DNA of 64,000 nt from Gemmatimonadales bacterium (GTDB lineage: Bacteria > Gemmatimonadota > Gemmatimonadetes > Gemmatimonadales > GWC2-71-9). The notes under the pieces are model-generated. The model did not search any database. It saw only the letters and a list, made by a program, of their open reading frames with translations, and was not told where the DNA came from. The stretch lies in the NCBI GenBank assembly GCA_041577295.1, contig JBFGJG010000006.1, positions 55,410 to 119,409 on the forward strand, written 5' to 3'. How positions within the stretch are numbered: the first letter of the stretch is position 1; each line of letters opens with the position of its first letter. A program made the position numbers and the translations under genes. Below, in pieces: positions 48,349-58,230 of this stretch.

Positions 48349-48801
48349 TCACTCGGTCGTCACCGTGCCACCTGGTTGATCGAGACAAGCGCGAAGGGTG
48401 TGCCACGGCAGGTTCGCGCACTTAACGCGAGCGGGGAATTGTCGCACCCCACCGAGCGCCGCGAGCTTCCCCAACGTTTTCCGCTCATCGGCGGCTGTGC
48501 CTCGACCGGCCACCATCCCCACGAACGCCGTAAACAATGCGGTGGCTTCCTCTCGAGAGCGACCCTTGACCGCTTCGGTCATGAGCGATGCCGACGCCTG
48601 GGAAATTGCGCATCCGGAACCTTGGAACCCGATATCGGCAATGCGGTCGCCGTCGACCCGTACAAAGAGCTCGATCACATCGCCGCAAATGGGGTTGTTT
48701 CCCTCCGCCGTTGCCGTTGCGTTTTCGATTCTTCGAAAGTTTCGGGGGCTTCGGTTGTGATCGAGGATAATCTGTTGGTAGAGGTCCCGAAGATCGGTCA
48801 T
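48349..48801 (-). CDS. sufU: SUF system NifU-family sulfur-transfer protein
   Basis: LYQQIILDH, NPICGD, GCAISQAS and RVKCA. Confidence 0.93.
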   Translation of the reverse strand: MTDLRDLYQQIILDHNRSPRNFRRIENATATAEGNNPICGDVIELFVRVDGDRIADIGFQGSGCAISQASASLMTEAVKGRSREEATALFTAFVGMVAGRGTAADERKTLGKLAALGGVRQFPARVKCANLPWHTLRACLDQPGGTVTTE

Positions 48802-50060
48802 TGGTGAAAGATGTCTCGTACTCGCCCCAACGCGCTGGCCAACTCGTCAACTTCTTCGGCGGTATTATAGAACGCGAAGGATGCTCGCGCGGTGGCTGGT
48901 ACGCCGAGGCGCTCCATCAGAGGCTGCGTGCAGTGGTGCCCCGTTCGGATACAGATTCCCTCCTGGTCCAGAATGGTCCCGACATCGTGTGCGTGAACGC
49001 CATCCACGACAAACGACAAGACGCTTGCTTTGTTGCGCGCGGTTCCGAGCAGACGAACCCCTGAGATGTCTGACAACGCGGTCGTGGCTCGCGCCAAAAG
49101 ATGGTCTTCGTGCGCGATGCGCGCAGCGATGTCGATCCCTTCCAGATAATCGACTGCCGCACCGAGACCAACTGCACCGGCCACATGCTGCGTTCCCGCC
49201 TCGAACTTCGTTGGCGGTGGCGCAAAGCTAGTCTTGTCGAACCGAACTGAGCGAATCATGTCGCCCCCGCTCTGGTAGGGGGGCATGGCCTCCAAATGAT
49301 GCGCTTTCCCGTAGAGTACCCCAATGCCCGTTGGGCCGAACATCTTGTGGCTCGAGAATGCATAGAAGTCGCAGTCGAGCCCTTGGACATCGACCCGCAT
49401 ATGTGGCACGGCCTGCGCGCCGTCGAGGAGAACTGGGATCCCCCGCGCGTGCGCGAGCTCAACCAGCTCTCGAGCCGGGTTGATCGTCCCCAGCGAATTC
49501 GAGACGTGAACCAGGGCGACCATCCTGGTCCTCTCGGACAGCAAGCCGCCATAGGCATCGACGTCGAGGGTGCCGTCGTCCGTCATCGGGGCAATGCGAA
49601 GACGCGCGCCCGCAGCTTCACATGCGAGTTGCCACGGGACGATGTTGGAGTGGTGCTCCATGACCGAGAGAACGATCTCGTCCCCCGGGCGCAGCCGGGG
49701 ACGGGCAAAGCTGTGGGCCACCAGGTTGATCGCTTCGGTCGTGCCCCGAACAAAGACGATCTCCTCATGACGGGGCGCGTTGACGAATTGCCGCACTTTT
49801 TCTCTCGCAGCTTCGTAGGCTTCCGTGGCCTCTTCGCTCAGCGAGTACACCCCACGATGAATGTTCGCGTTGTGCTCCAAATAGAAGCACGCAACCGCGT
49901 CGATAACGCTCTGGGGCTTCTGGGCGGTTGCCGCGTTGTCGAGGTACACCAGACGGCGCCCCTCCCGCTCCCTTGAGATCAGCGGAAAGTCCTCGCGAAC
50001 CCGATCGACATCAAACCCGCGGGTCGAGGCTCGGGCGCCCTCGTGGCGGACCGTGGTCAT
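48798..50060 (-). CDS. sufS: Cysteine desulfurase (class II)
   Basis: YLDNAATAQKP, EHHSN, SSHKMFGPTG and RTGHHC. Confidence 0.95.
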   Translation of the reverse strand: MTTVRHEGARASTRGFDVDRVREDFPLISREREGRRLVYLDNAATAQKPQSVIDAVACFYLEHNANIHRGVYSLSEEATEAYEAAREKVRQFVNAPRHEEIVFVRGTTEAINLVAHSFARPRLRPGDEIVLSVMEHHSNIVPWQLACEAAGARLRIAPMTDDGTLDVDAYGGLLSERTRMVALVHVSNSLGTINPARELVELAHARGIPVLLDGAQAVPHMRVDVQGLDCDFYAFSSHKMFGPTGIGVLYGKAHHLEAMPPYQSGGDMIRSVRFDKTSFAPPPTKFEAGTQHVAGAVGLGAAVDYLEGIDIAARIAHEDHLLARATTALSDISGVRLLGTARNKASVLSFVVDGVHAHDVGTILDQEGICIRTGHHCTQPLMERLGVPATARASFAFYNTAEEVDELASALGRVRDIFHQ

Positions 50061-51433
50061 CCGGTGCCGCCGGTGGTTGAAAGTGCGTCGAGGCGTTCGA
50101 GCACCAGCGTCTCCAGCCGCTTCTTGAAGCCTTCGAGCTTCACCGTGTTCAGGATTTCGGCACAGAACCCATAGGTTAGAAGCCCTCGTGCCGATTCCCG
50201 ATCGAACCCGCGGGACTGCAAGTAGAAGAGCTGTCGCTCATCGATCGGCCCAAGCGTCGCCCCATGCGTGCACTTCACGTCATCGGCGTAGATCTCGAGC
50301 TGGGGCTGACTGTCCGCTCTCGCGTGCTTGGAGAGGAGGAGGTTGTTGTTGGTCTGCTTCGAGTCCGTGCGTTGCGCACCCGGCCGAACGACAATGCGTC
50401 CGTTGAAGACCCCGCGCGCGCGCTCGTCGAAGACCCCGTTGAAGTACTCCCAACTCGTGCAGTGGGGTTTAGCATGGTCCAGCGTGGTGTGGAAGTCCAC
50501 GTGCTGCCGCCCACTGAGCACCGACAGGCCATCGATGGTGCAGTCGGCACCCTCTCCGTCCAACACGGCATTGATGTCGTGCCGCGTAAGCGCACCACCA
50601 AACGCAAAGGCGACTTGCGAGTAGTTACTGCTGCGGGCCTGGTACGACTGCGTGTTTGCGGTATGGAAAGCCGCGCCCCCATCACGCTGAACCCGATAGG
50701 TGTCGAGGTTTGCGTTCTCCCCCAGAACGACTTCGGTCACGGCGTTCACCCAGTAGGTGTCGTCCCCCAAGCCGACGAAGTTCTCCACCACCGCACCCCG
50801 CGCGCCAGGACCGGCAATGAGGAGCGTGCGGGGGTGCCACAACAATGCGGACCCTTCATCGGGGAGCGCGAGGAACAGCAGCTCGATGGGTTTCTCCAGT
50901 TCGGTGTTCTTTGGGACATATACGAACGCCCCATCCCCGAGGAAAGCCGTATTCAGCGCCGTAAACGGCGTCTCTTCATCACGAGCATACCTGCCAAGGT
51001 GCTGCTCGACGAGCTTGCCGTGTTCCTCCAAGGCCGCACGCAGGTTGCCGACGACCACGCCAGCTGGCAGTTGTCCCACTTGTGACAGGGCAGGGGCGAA
51101 GAAGCCGTTCACGAACACGGCGTGGTGGGCGGTGTCGGTGAGGACGTTAGCTCGCACGTCCTCGGGGGAAAACCGCTCGACCTCAGGTGGCGAAGCCAGC
51201 GTGAACTCCGTGGACGAGATCTTCTTCAGGTCAGTGAATCGCCAGTCTTCCTGTCTCGTATCGGGAAAACCCACTTCAGCGAATCGGTCCATCGCCGCTT
51301 TGCGACGCTTCGCCAACCATTGCGGTGACTTCGCGGCGCCATTCCCGGCAAAGCGCTCGAATGCCTCGAGGTAAGGACCGGTCACCTTGGAAAGCGTTTG
51401 TGTTTTGGACATGGCCGCTGTTCCCCGACTCAC
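50057..51433 (-). CDS. sufD: Fe-S cluster assembly protein SufD
   Basis: EDWRFTD, PQLEIYADDVKCTHGAT and FYLQSRG. Confidence 0.95.
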   Translation of the reverse strand: MSRGTAAMSKTQTLSKVTGPYLEAFERFAGNGAAKSPQWLAKRRKAAMDRFAEVGFPDTRQEDWRFTDLKKISSTEFTLASPPEVERFSPEDVRANVLTDTAHHAVFVNGFFAPALSQVGQLPAGVVVGNLRAALEEHGKLVEQHLGRYARDEETPFTALNTAFLGDGAFVYVPKNTELEKPIELLFLALPDEGSALLWHPRTLLIAGPGARGAVVENFVGLGDDTYWVNAVTEVVLGENANLDTYRVQRDGGAAFHTANTQSYQARSSNYSQVAFAFGGALTRHDINAVLDGEGADCTIDGLSVLSGRQHVDFHTTLDHAKPHCTSWEYFNGVFDERARGVFNGRIVVRPGAQRTDSKQTNNNLLLSKHARADSQPQLEIYADDVKCTHGATLGPIDERQLFYLQSRGFDRESARGLLTYGFCAEILNTVKLEGFKKRLETLVLERLDALSTTGGTG

Positions 51434-52188
51434 GCCAACGCCGCCGCGTCTTCGCGGATCCAGTCGTAGCCCTTCTCCTCCAGCTCGAGAGCGAGCTCCT
51501 TGCCACCGGACTTGACGATCTTTCCTCCCGCCAGGACGTGAACGCGATCTGGTTTGATGTAGTTCAGGATGCGCTGATAGTGTGTGACCACCACAAACGC
51601 ACGGTCCGCCCTTCTCAGCTTATTCACCGCCTCGGAAACCGCCTTCACGGCGTCGATATCGAGCCCTGAGTCCGTCTCGTCCAGAATTGCCAGGGTGGGC
51701 TCGAGAACAGCCAGCTGCAGGATCTCGTTACGCTTCTTCTCACCGCCGGAGAACCCTTCGTTGACCGCGCGGTTGATGAGGGAATCGTCCCAACCGATGA
51801 AGCGCAACTTCTCCTCCAGCACCTCGATGAAATCCATGGTGTCGATCTCGTCCTCACCACGGGCCTTGCGAATCGAGTTCACCGCGGAGTGTAGGAAAAA
51901 GGCATTGGTAATGCCGCGGATTTCCACGGGGTATTGAAAGGCCATGAACACGCCCGCCACCGCACGCTCGTCTGGCTCCATCTCGAGCAGATCGTGTCCC
52001 TGATAGGTGACCGTGCCCTCCGTCACCTCGTACGCGGGGTGACCAGCCAGGACCTGGGCTAGCGTGCTCTTGCCCGACCCGTTGGGGCCCATGATGGCAT
52101 GGACCTCCCCTGCTTTTACGACTAAATCGATGCCGTTGAGGATCTCGGCGGCTTCGACGCCGGCGTGGAGATTCTTTATTTCGAGCAT
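51430..52188 (-). CDS. sufC: Fe-S cluster assembly ATPase SufC
   Basis: GPNGSGKST, FSGGEKKRNE, LDETDSGLDID and THYQR. Confidence 0.97.
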   Translation of the reverse strand: MLEIKNLHAGVEAAEILNGIDLVVKAGEVHAIMGPNGSGKSTLAQVLAGHPAYEVTEGTVTYQGHDLLEMEPDERAVAGVFMAFQYPVEIRGITNAFFLHSAVNSIRKARGEDEIDTMDFIEVLEEKLRFIGWDDSLINRAVNEGFSGGEKKRNEILQLAVLEPTLAILDETDSGLDIDAVKAVSEAVNKLRRADRAFVVVTHYQRILNYIKPDRVHVLAGGKIVKSGGKELALELEEKGYDWIREDAAALA

Positions 52189-52231
52189 TCCGTGCTTGCC
52201 TCTATCACTTCGGGTCTTAGGGTTCTTTGGT

Positions 52232-53668
52232 TTATCCGACGCTGCCTTCGAGGCTGATCGAAAGCAGCTTGGTCGCTTCGACGGCGAACTCCATTGGCAA
52301 CTCCCGGAACACTTCCTTACAGAAGCCGTTGACGATCATCGAGACGGCGTCCTCTTCCGAGAGACCTCGCTGCAGACAATAGAAGATCTGGTCTTCGCCA
52401 ATCTTCGACGTCGTGGCCTCGTGTTCCATGATCGCACTACTGTTGCGAACATCGATGTACGGGAAGGTGTGAGCGCCGCACTGATCACCGATGAGCATCG
52501 AGTCGCACTGGGAGTAGTTCCGCGCATCATCGGCGCTCTTCATGATCTTCACGAGTCCGCGATACGTATTCTGTGCGTAACCAGCTGAGATTCCCTTCGA
52601 TACGATCGTACTGCGGGTGTTCTTGCCGATGTGGATCATCTTGGTCCCGGTGTCTGCCTGTTGGTGATTGTTTGTCACCGCCACCGAGTAGAACTCACCG
52701 ATCGAGTTGTCACCCTCCAGAATACAGCTCGGATACTTCCAGGTGATGGCGGACCCGGTCTCCACCTGTGTCCACGAGATCTTCGAGTTGCGACCCATGC
52801 AGCGGCCGCGCTTCGTGACGAAGTTGTAAATTCCGCCTTTCCCGTTCTCGTCGCCGGGGTACCAGTTCTGGATGGTGGAGTACTTGATCTGTGCGTCGTC
52901 GTGCGCAATCAGCTCGACCACCGCGGCGTGGAGCTGGTGTTCGTCCCGCATTGGCGCCGAACAGCCCTCGAGGTAGCTCACATAGCTCCCCTCTTCCGCA
53001 ATGATCAGTGTCCGCTCGAACTGCCCGGTGGACATGGCGTTGATACGGAAGTAAGTGGACAGCTCCAAGGGGCAGCGCACACCTTTTGGTACAAACACGA
53101 ACGACCCGTCCGTGAAAACTGCGGAGTTCAATGCGGCAAAGAAGTTGTCGTTGTGGGGCACCACGGTTCCGAGGTACTTGCGGACCAGTTCCGGGTGCTC
53201 CTGGATGGCCTCGGAGATCGGCAGGAAGATCACACCGTGCTTCTTGAGCTCTTCCTTGAACGTCGTCGCCACCGAAACGCTATCGAACACCGCGTCAACG
53301 GCCACACCCGCGAGACGCTGCTGCTCCCCCAAGGGAATCCCGAGCTTCTCAAAGGTCTCGAGGAGCTTGGGATCGACTTCGTCGAGGCTCTTGGGTTGCT
53401 TCTCCTGCTTCGGCGCCGCGTAGTAATGAATGGCCTGGTAGTCGATTGGCGGGTATTTGACGTTTGGCCAGTTTGGCTCCGTCATCGTCAGCCAATTGTG
53501 AAAGGCCTTCAACCGCCACTCGAGCATCCACTCCGGCTCACCCTTTTTTTCTGAGATGAGCCGAATGATGTCATCGTTCAGCCCAACAGGGGCGAGCTCC
53601 GCTTCGATATCTGTGGACCACCCGTACTTGTAAGGCTGCTTGACCTGTTGTTCGATCGTACTCCCCAT
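52232..53668 (-). CDS. sufB: Fe-S cluster assembly protein SufB
   Basis: [31 protein letters not shown] and HEATTSKI. Confidence 0.97.
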   Translation of the reverse strand: MGSTIEQQVKQPYKYGWSTDIEAELAPVGLNDDIIRLISEKKGEPEWMLEWRLKAFHNWLTMTEPNWPNVKYPPIDYQAIHYYAAPKQEKQPKSLDEVDPKLLETFEKLGIPLGEQQRLAGVAVDAVFDSVSVATTFKEELKKHGVIFLPISEAIQEHPELVRKYLGTVVPHNDNFFAALNSAVFTDGSFVFVPKGVRCPLELSTYFRINAMSTGQFERTLIIAEEGSYVSYLEGCSAPMRDEHQLHAAVVELIAHDDAQIKYSTIQNWYPGDENGKGGIYNFVTKRGRCMGRNSKISWTQVETGSAITWKYPSCILEGDNSIGEFYSVAVTNNHQQADTGTKMIHIGKNTRSTIVSKGISAGYAQNTYRGLVKIMKSADDARNYSQCDSMLIGDQCGAHTFPYIDVRNSSAIMEHEATTSKIGEDQIFYCLQRGLSEEDAVSMIVNGFCKEVFRELPMEFAVEATKLLSISLEGSVG

Positions 53669-54361
53669 TTATCGCTCCTCGTCCTCCGACGTCGCGTTGG
53701 TGCTCGACTCGCGCCTCGTGAGCGGAATCGGGACGGAATACTCACATGCGTTACAACCGTTCGTGATATGTGCCCGACGCTGAAGATCCGTGTGCAGCAC
53801 CGAGCGTAGGAAGTCCGCTTCTGCCTGACAAATCTCCGGGAATCGCTCGGCTGCCGCCTGCACTGCGCAGTTGTGCTCGGCGATCGTAATACGGTCCCCG
53901 TCCATCGACCACTCGGCCATGAAACCCTGCCGCGTCATCAACTCCACCACCGCCTGCACGCGTTCCTCGACCGACGCATTCACCAAACGTTCCCGCAACT
54001 GACCGGCATGCGCCTGAAAGCGCTCGGCAAATATGCGCCGTACTTGCTCGCGCCCGCTGGTTTCTGCGACGAAGTCGAGCACATCAGTGAGGGCCTCGCC
54101 GTACTGACGAGGGAACAGATCCTCACCACGGGACGACAGCCGATAGAGGAACACGGGAGCCCCCTGGCTGCGGTGCTCGCGATCATGCGCCACGAGCTCC
54201 TCGAGCTCCAGCTCCTTGAGATGTCGCCGCACGGCATTTGGCGACACGGCGAACCGATCCGCAAGCTCCTTCGCGGTGAGTGGCTGCTCGCGTTTGAGCT
54301 CCAGCAGGATTTCGCCGCGCAGGCCTTTGTGCGCGCTGAGATTCTCACGTCGGTCAGTCAT
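53669..54361 (-). CDS. sufR: SufR-like Fe-S-sensing HTH regulator
   Basis: ArsR-like HTH (AVRRHLKEL), FPRQY, and C-terminal HNC-X12-C..CNAC; abuts sufB. Confidence 0.82.
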   Translation of the reverse strand: MTDRRENLSAHKGLRGEILLELKREQPLTAKELADRFAVSPNAVRRHLKELELEELVAHDREHRSQGAPVFLYRLSSRGEDLFPRQYGEALTDVLDFVAETSGREQVRRIFAERFQAHAGQLRERLVNASVEERVQAVVELMTRQGFMAEWSMDGDRITIAEHNCAVQAAAERFPEICQAEADFLRSVLHTDLQRRAHITNGCNACEYSVPIPLTRRESSTNATSEDEER

Positions 54362-54399
54362 CGGGGCGCGAAATGTAACTCGATTTGTCGGGATTATCA

Positions 54400-54456
54400 A
54401 ACTTATTCAACATTTTTGTTCGCAAATCAATATAACACATTTGTTGTCAATAAGTT
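54400..54456. promoter_or_regulatory. AT-rich suf promoter with two SufR-type inverted repeats
   Basis: CAAC-ATTTTT-GTTC (54408-54421) and TAAC-ACATTT-GTTG (54433-54446), each one mismatch from CAAC-N6-GTTG. Confidence 0.65.
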
Positions 54457-54466
54457 AGTGGTACCG

Positions 54467-55060
54467 TCAGCGAGTTTCGAGTCGTTTGAGAAGGGCCCGG
54501 TATGCCTCGGGTGTGTTGACGTCTTCCAGGATGGCAGGGTCGGTAACCGGTACCTCCAGCACACGGCTGGCATCGGCGCGAACGACGGAGCGCGCACCTT
54601 CAGCCTGCGGAGCCTTGAGCAGCTCCTCAAACACCGCCCGCGAAAACAACACGGGGTGCCCCCGCGATCCGTCATATGTGGGGAGCACGATTTGGGCCGT
54701 CCCGCCGCGGAACGCATTCACGAGCAGTCTTACCGTTTCTGGCAGAACGTGTGGGCGGTCGACGTGCCAGACTACAGCACCATCAACCGTCTGGTTGAGT
54801 TGGGCGATGCCCGCCTGGATCGATCCAATCGGACCGGCCTCGAGGTCTCGACTTCTGGTTGCGATCACACGGTCTAACTGTAGACTTGCCAAGATCTTAT
54901 CGTCGTCGAGGCCCAGTACCACGACCACAGGACCGAGCCCGATTTGCGCGCACGTATCGAGGATTGTCTCCAGGAATGTCCTCTCCCTAAGCCTCAGCAG
55001 AGCCTTTGGCACGCCCATCCGCGCGGACTGCCCCGCAGCCAGGATGATGGCTCCAATCAC
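54467..55060 (-). CDS. MobA/MocA-like nucleotidyltransferase (probable Moco cytidylyltransferase)
   Basis: ILAAGQSARMGVPKALL, VDRP, GHPVLF and DVNTPE; close to the molybdoenzyme genes. Confidence 0.85.
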   Translation of the reverse strand: MIGAIILAAGQSARMGVPKALLRLRERTFLETILDTCAQIGLGPVVVVLGLDDDKILASLQLDRVIATRSRDLEAGPIGSIQAGIAQLNQTVDGAVVWHVDRPHVLPETVRLLVNAFRGGTAQIVLPTYDGSRGHPVLFSRAVFEELLKAPQAEGARSVVRADASRVLEVPVTDPAILEDVNTPEAYRALLKRLETR

Positions 55061-55104
55061 GATCGCGTCCTATTTTGGGGACCCACGTCATGTGAGAGGA
55101 CCCG

Positions 55105-55668
55105 ATGGCAGTTCGTCCCGTGCGCTTGCTCGGTGATCCGATCCTCCGCGGGAAGTGTGAAGAGGTGCGCAGTGCCCGGTCGGCCGGGGTTCGTCTGGTG
55201 GCAGACGACCTTCAGGAGACGCTCGCCGATCTCAAGGCCCGACATGGCGCTGGTCGGGCGCTCTCGGCACCACAGATCGGTGCACCGCTCCGCATCGTCT
55301 ACATCGAGGTCGACAAGCCGTGGCTTCTCATCAACCCCGAAATCGTGGACATTGGCACCACCGACTTCATGGTGTGGGATGATTGCTTCTCGATCCCGAA
55401 TCTCCACGTCCGCGTCCAGCGAGCCCATCGCATCAAGGTGCAGTACGAAGATCTCTCGGGGAAGTCGCACGAATTCGAAGCCGAAGGCCCGCTCGCGGAA
55501 CTTCTCCAGCACGAGATCGATCACCTCGACGGTGTGCTCATGGTAGACCGCCCGGCGGGCCTCGACCCGTTTTGTCTGCGGGAGGAGTGGCGCAAACACT
55601 ACTCCGCCGACGGGCCTTACGACGAACCGTTTGAGCGAGTGGTTCAGACTTCGATCGAGGCGGTTTAG
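55105..55668 (+). CDS. def: Peptide deformylase (divergent motifs)
   Basis: GDPILR, LSAPQIG, INPEI, DDCFSIP and QHEIDHLDG. Confidence 0.85.
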   Translation: MAVRPVRLLGDPILRGKCEEVRSARSAGVRLVADDLQETLADLKARHGAGRALSAPQIGAPLRIVYIEVDKPWLLINPEIVDIGTTDFMVWDDCFSIPNLHVRVQRAHRIKVQYEDLSGKSHEFEAEGPLAELLQHEIDHLDGVLMVDRPAGLDPFCLREEWRKHYSADGPYDEPFERVVQTSIEAV

Positions 55669-56648
55669 GACGGTCGGAAGGTCTCAAGCAATACTTTGCG
55701 GATCACGTTCTTCGCCAAATCCACCTTGTAACCGTTCTGCGACAACGGCCGCGCGCCCTGGAGAGCCTGTTCTGCCACGTGCCGCGCCCACTGATCGATG
55801 GTCCGTGCGCGTGCATTCCGCCGTGGAGCCGCGGGGATGGCTCCGGGATCTACGGCCCACGGCGTCGGAGCGACGCCCCCAAGCACCACCCGGGGCTGAC
55901 GACCCCGCTTGGGCCAGACCACCGCAATCGAGACGAGGGCGAAGTCCCACGCTTGGCGCTGCATCACCTTGTGAAAGGCCTGGCGTGTGCCCGCAAGTTG
56001 TGAAGGGAGCCTGATCTGCTCAATGACCTCGTGCGGCTCGAGGCAGGTCTCTCGGTCCATCCGATCGCTGGGTAACACGAACAAGTCGTTGACTGGTACA
56101 ATCCGGGTGTTCCCATTCCGGCCACGCACCGCGACTTCTGCACCGAGCGCAACGAGCGCGACTGCGGGGTCCGAAGGATGCGGCGCCCAACACGGCCCAC
56201 CAGCGAGAATGGCGAGGTACTCGTTGAGCCCCTCGCGAGCGGGACAGGATTCACCTCCGCTCTTCCAACAGGGTACCCCGCTGCGGTAGTACCAGCAGCG
56301 GGGCCGCTGGCACAGGTTACCACCGAGCGTCGCGACATTTCGAATCTGGTGCGTTCCCACCTGTGCGCAGGCCTGTGCTAACGCCGGGTAGTGGCGGCGA
56401 ACGCCCGGATGATTTGTGACGTCTGACAGCCGGACAACCGCACCCAACTCCGCAGCACCGTCCTGATGCACCACCACCTCTCCCGCACCGGAGACCTTGT
56501 TGACATCCACGATGAGCCTGGGCAGCACGATGCGCTCCCTCATGAGCGGGATCAAGTCCGTGCCTCCCGCTAGGACCACGGAGTCGCTACCGAGCAAGTC
56601 AACCACTTCGGTAAACGAGTGGGCCGAAACGAGCTGAAAGGATTGCAT
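55665..56648 (-). CDS. Xanthine dehydrogenase-family FAD subunit (PaoB/YagS-like, with 4Fe-4S insert)
   Basis: AGGTDL, IRNVATLGGNLCQRPRCWYYR..C..C..C, HPSD and GGVAPTPW. Confidence 0.92.
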   Translation of the reverse strand: MQSFQLVSAHSFTEVVDLLGSDSVVLAGGTDLIPLMRERIVLPRLIVDVNKVSGAGEVVVHQDGAAELGAVVRLSDVTNHPGVRRHYPALAQACAQVGTHQIRNVATLGGNLCQRPRCWYYRSGVPCWKSGGESCPAREGLNEYLAILAGGPCWAPHPSDPAVALVALGAEVAVRGRNGNTRIVPVNDLFVLPSDRMDRETCLEPHEVIEQIRLPSQLAGTRQAFHKVMQRQAWDFALVSIAVVWPKRGRQPRVVLGGVAPTPWAVDPGAIPAAPRRNARARTIDQWARHVAEQALQGARPLSQNGYKVDLAKNVIRKVLLETFRPS

Positions 56649-56687
56649 CTCAGTGTGCTGCCGGGTTCACACAGCGTCGTCTGAAAG

Positions 56688-58190
56688 TCAGTGGAGTAGC
56701 CTGATGCTTGGCGTATCGCCGATATGCTGCGTTCGGGCATAACTCATCAGCCCGCGAATCCCTCCGCGGAAGGAGTACGCCTCGTAACCGTGGCGTTGCA
56801 TCAGCTCCGCGAGATACGCGGTCTGCACGCCGTAGGTGCAGCAGAGGACATAGGTTCGCGCCTTGTTAAGCTCGCGGTAACGACGTCCCAGTTCGTCGAT
56901 GTCCCACCGTTCGGCCCTCGGGTAATGCCACGCATGGTAGTGATGCTGCTCGCGACAATCGAGCACGAGCGCTTCCTCGGGGACGGCGTCGGTGTAGATG
57001 TAGTCACGAACGAGATCCACGGCGTCGAGCCCACGCAGATCGATGACCTTTCGTTGCGACACTGCCTGTTGCACTACACCCAGATCGAGATTGGCCTCTT
57101 CCGATCGCGCGGCACGGGGGCTCGCATGGGTCACCGGTCGGTCGGGAAGAATCGCGCAATACTCACGGATATGCGCACTGATGGCGGCGGTGCCGATGCG
57201 CTCTGCTCGCTCGATGATCTCCCCTTTATCAAAGCCGAGCAACGGGCGGAAGATCGGGAGTGCTGCCACGTCGTCGATCGCCCGAAGGTTCCCGAGGGTC
57301 TGAGATGACACCTGCCCAAGCGACTCTCCGGTAACGATCGCTTCTGCGTTCAGCGCCTCCGCCACCCCCTCGGCCGCACGGTACATGAGTCGCTTGAGAA
57401 CGACCTGCCAATACCGAGGTTGGACTCCCTTTCGTAGCTCGTCGACAACAGCGGCGAACTCGATCACGTGCGCGCGGGGCTGGTCACCGAAACTCCACGC
57501 ATCAGCGAGGATCTTCCCGACCGACAACACCGATCGCTCATACGCGTCGCCGGCCACGTTGCAAAAGACGTAATCGAGCGAAACCCCACGCTTGAGCATA
57601 AGCCATGCGGCGACCGCCGAGTCGAATCCACCCGACAAGAGGCACACCGCTTTTCCCTGCACGCCGAGCGGGAGCCCACCCACACCAGCGACGCGCCCAC
57701 TGTAAAGAAACGCCTCTCCGTCTCGCACCTCGACCGATACGGTGACATCGGGATCGTCGAGGTCCACATGACCGACCCGATCCAGCGCGGCGCCCAACTC
57801 GACTTTGATATCACGCGAGGTGAATGGATACGTGCCGATGCGTCGTGCATTCACGGCGAATGCTCGGTCACGAACTCGTTCCCTGTATAGGGTGTCCCCG
57901 GCCTCGACGATCCCCTCGAGCGTTGCGGGGATGCGTGCATCGACGAGCGAGACCGAGCTTACGCCGAACACGCTAGCAACGCGGCGGAGGGCCGACGGGT
58001 CGGAAGCGGTCACGAAGATCCGGCTCCACCGGAGATCCACATCGCAGTTGATTCCGGATGACGCAAGCGCGTCGTGAATGTTACCAGCCAGTCGTTGCAG
58101 AAACCGCCGGCGGGTACGACGAGCTTTCGTCGCCACTTCCGGGGCAATGCGCACGAGGAGCAGCGAGGATTCGGGTCCGTTCTGACTCAT
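56688..58190 (-). CDS. thiI: tRNA 4-thiouridine synthase ThiI (THUMP + PP-loop + rhodanese)
   Basis: VFGVSSVS, GGLPLG, LLSGGFDSAVA, TGESLGQVSSQT, RPL, EYC and a C-terminal rhodanese domain (LCCTYGVQT); ATG 58190. Confidence 0.92.
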   Translation of the reverse strand: MSQNGPESSLLLVRIAPEVATKARRTRRRFLQRLAGNIHDALASSGINCDVDLRWSRIFVTASDPSALRRVASVFGVSSVSLVDARIPATLEGIVEAGDTLYRERVRDRAFAVNARRIGTYPFTSRDIKVELGAALDRVGHVDLDDPDVTVSVEVRDGEAFLYSGRVAGVGGLPLGVQGKAVCLLSGGFDSAVAAWLMLKRGVSLDYVFCNVAGDAYERSVLSVGKILADAWSFGDQPRAHVIEFAAVVDELRKGVQPRYWQVVLKRLMYRAAEGVAEALNAEAIVTGESLGQVSSQTLGNLRAIDDVAALPIFRPLLGFDKGEIIERAERIGTAAISAHIREYCAILPDRPVTHASPRAARSEEANLDLGVVQQAVSQRKVIDLRGLDAVDLVRDYIYTDAVPEEALVLDCREQHHYHAWHYPRAERWDIDELGRRYRELNKARTYVLCCTYGVQTAYLAELMQRHGYEAYSFRGGIRGLMSYARTQHIGDTPSIRLLH

Positions 58191-58230
58191 GGACTTCAAA
58201 AGTACGCCAACGATGTGGTGCCGTAAAAGC

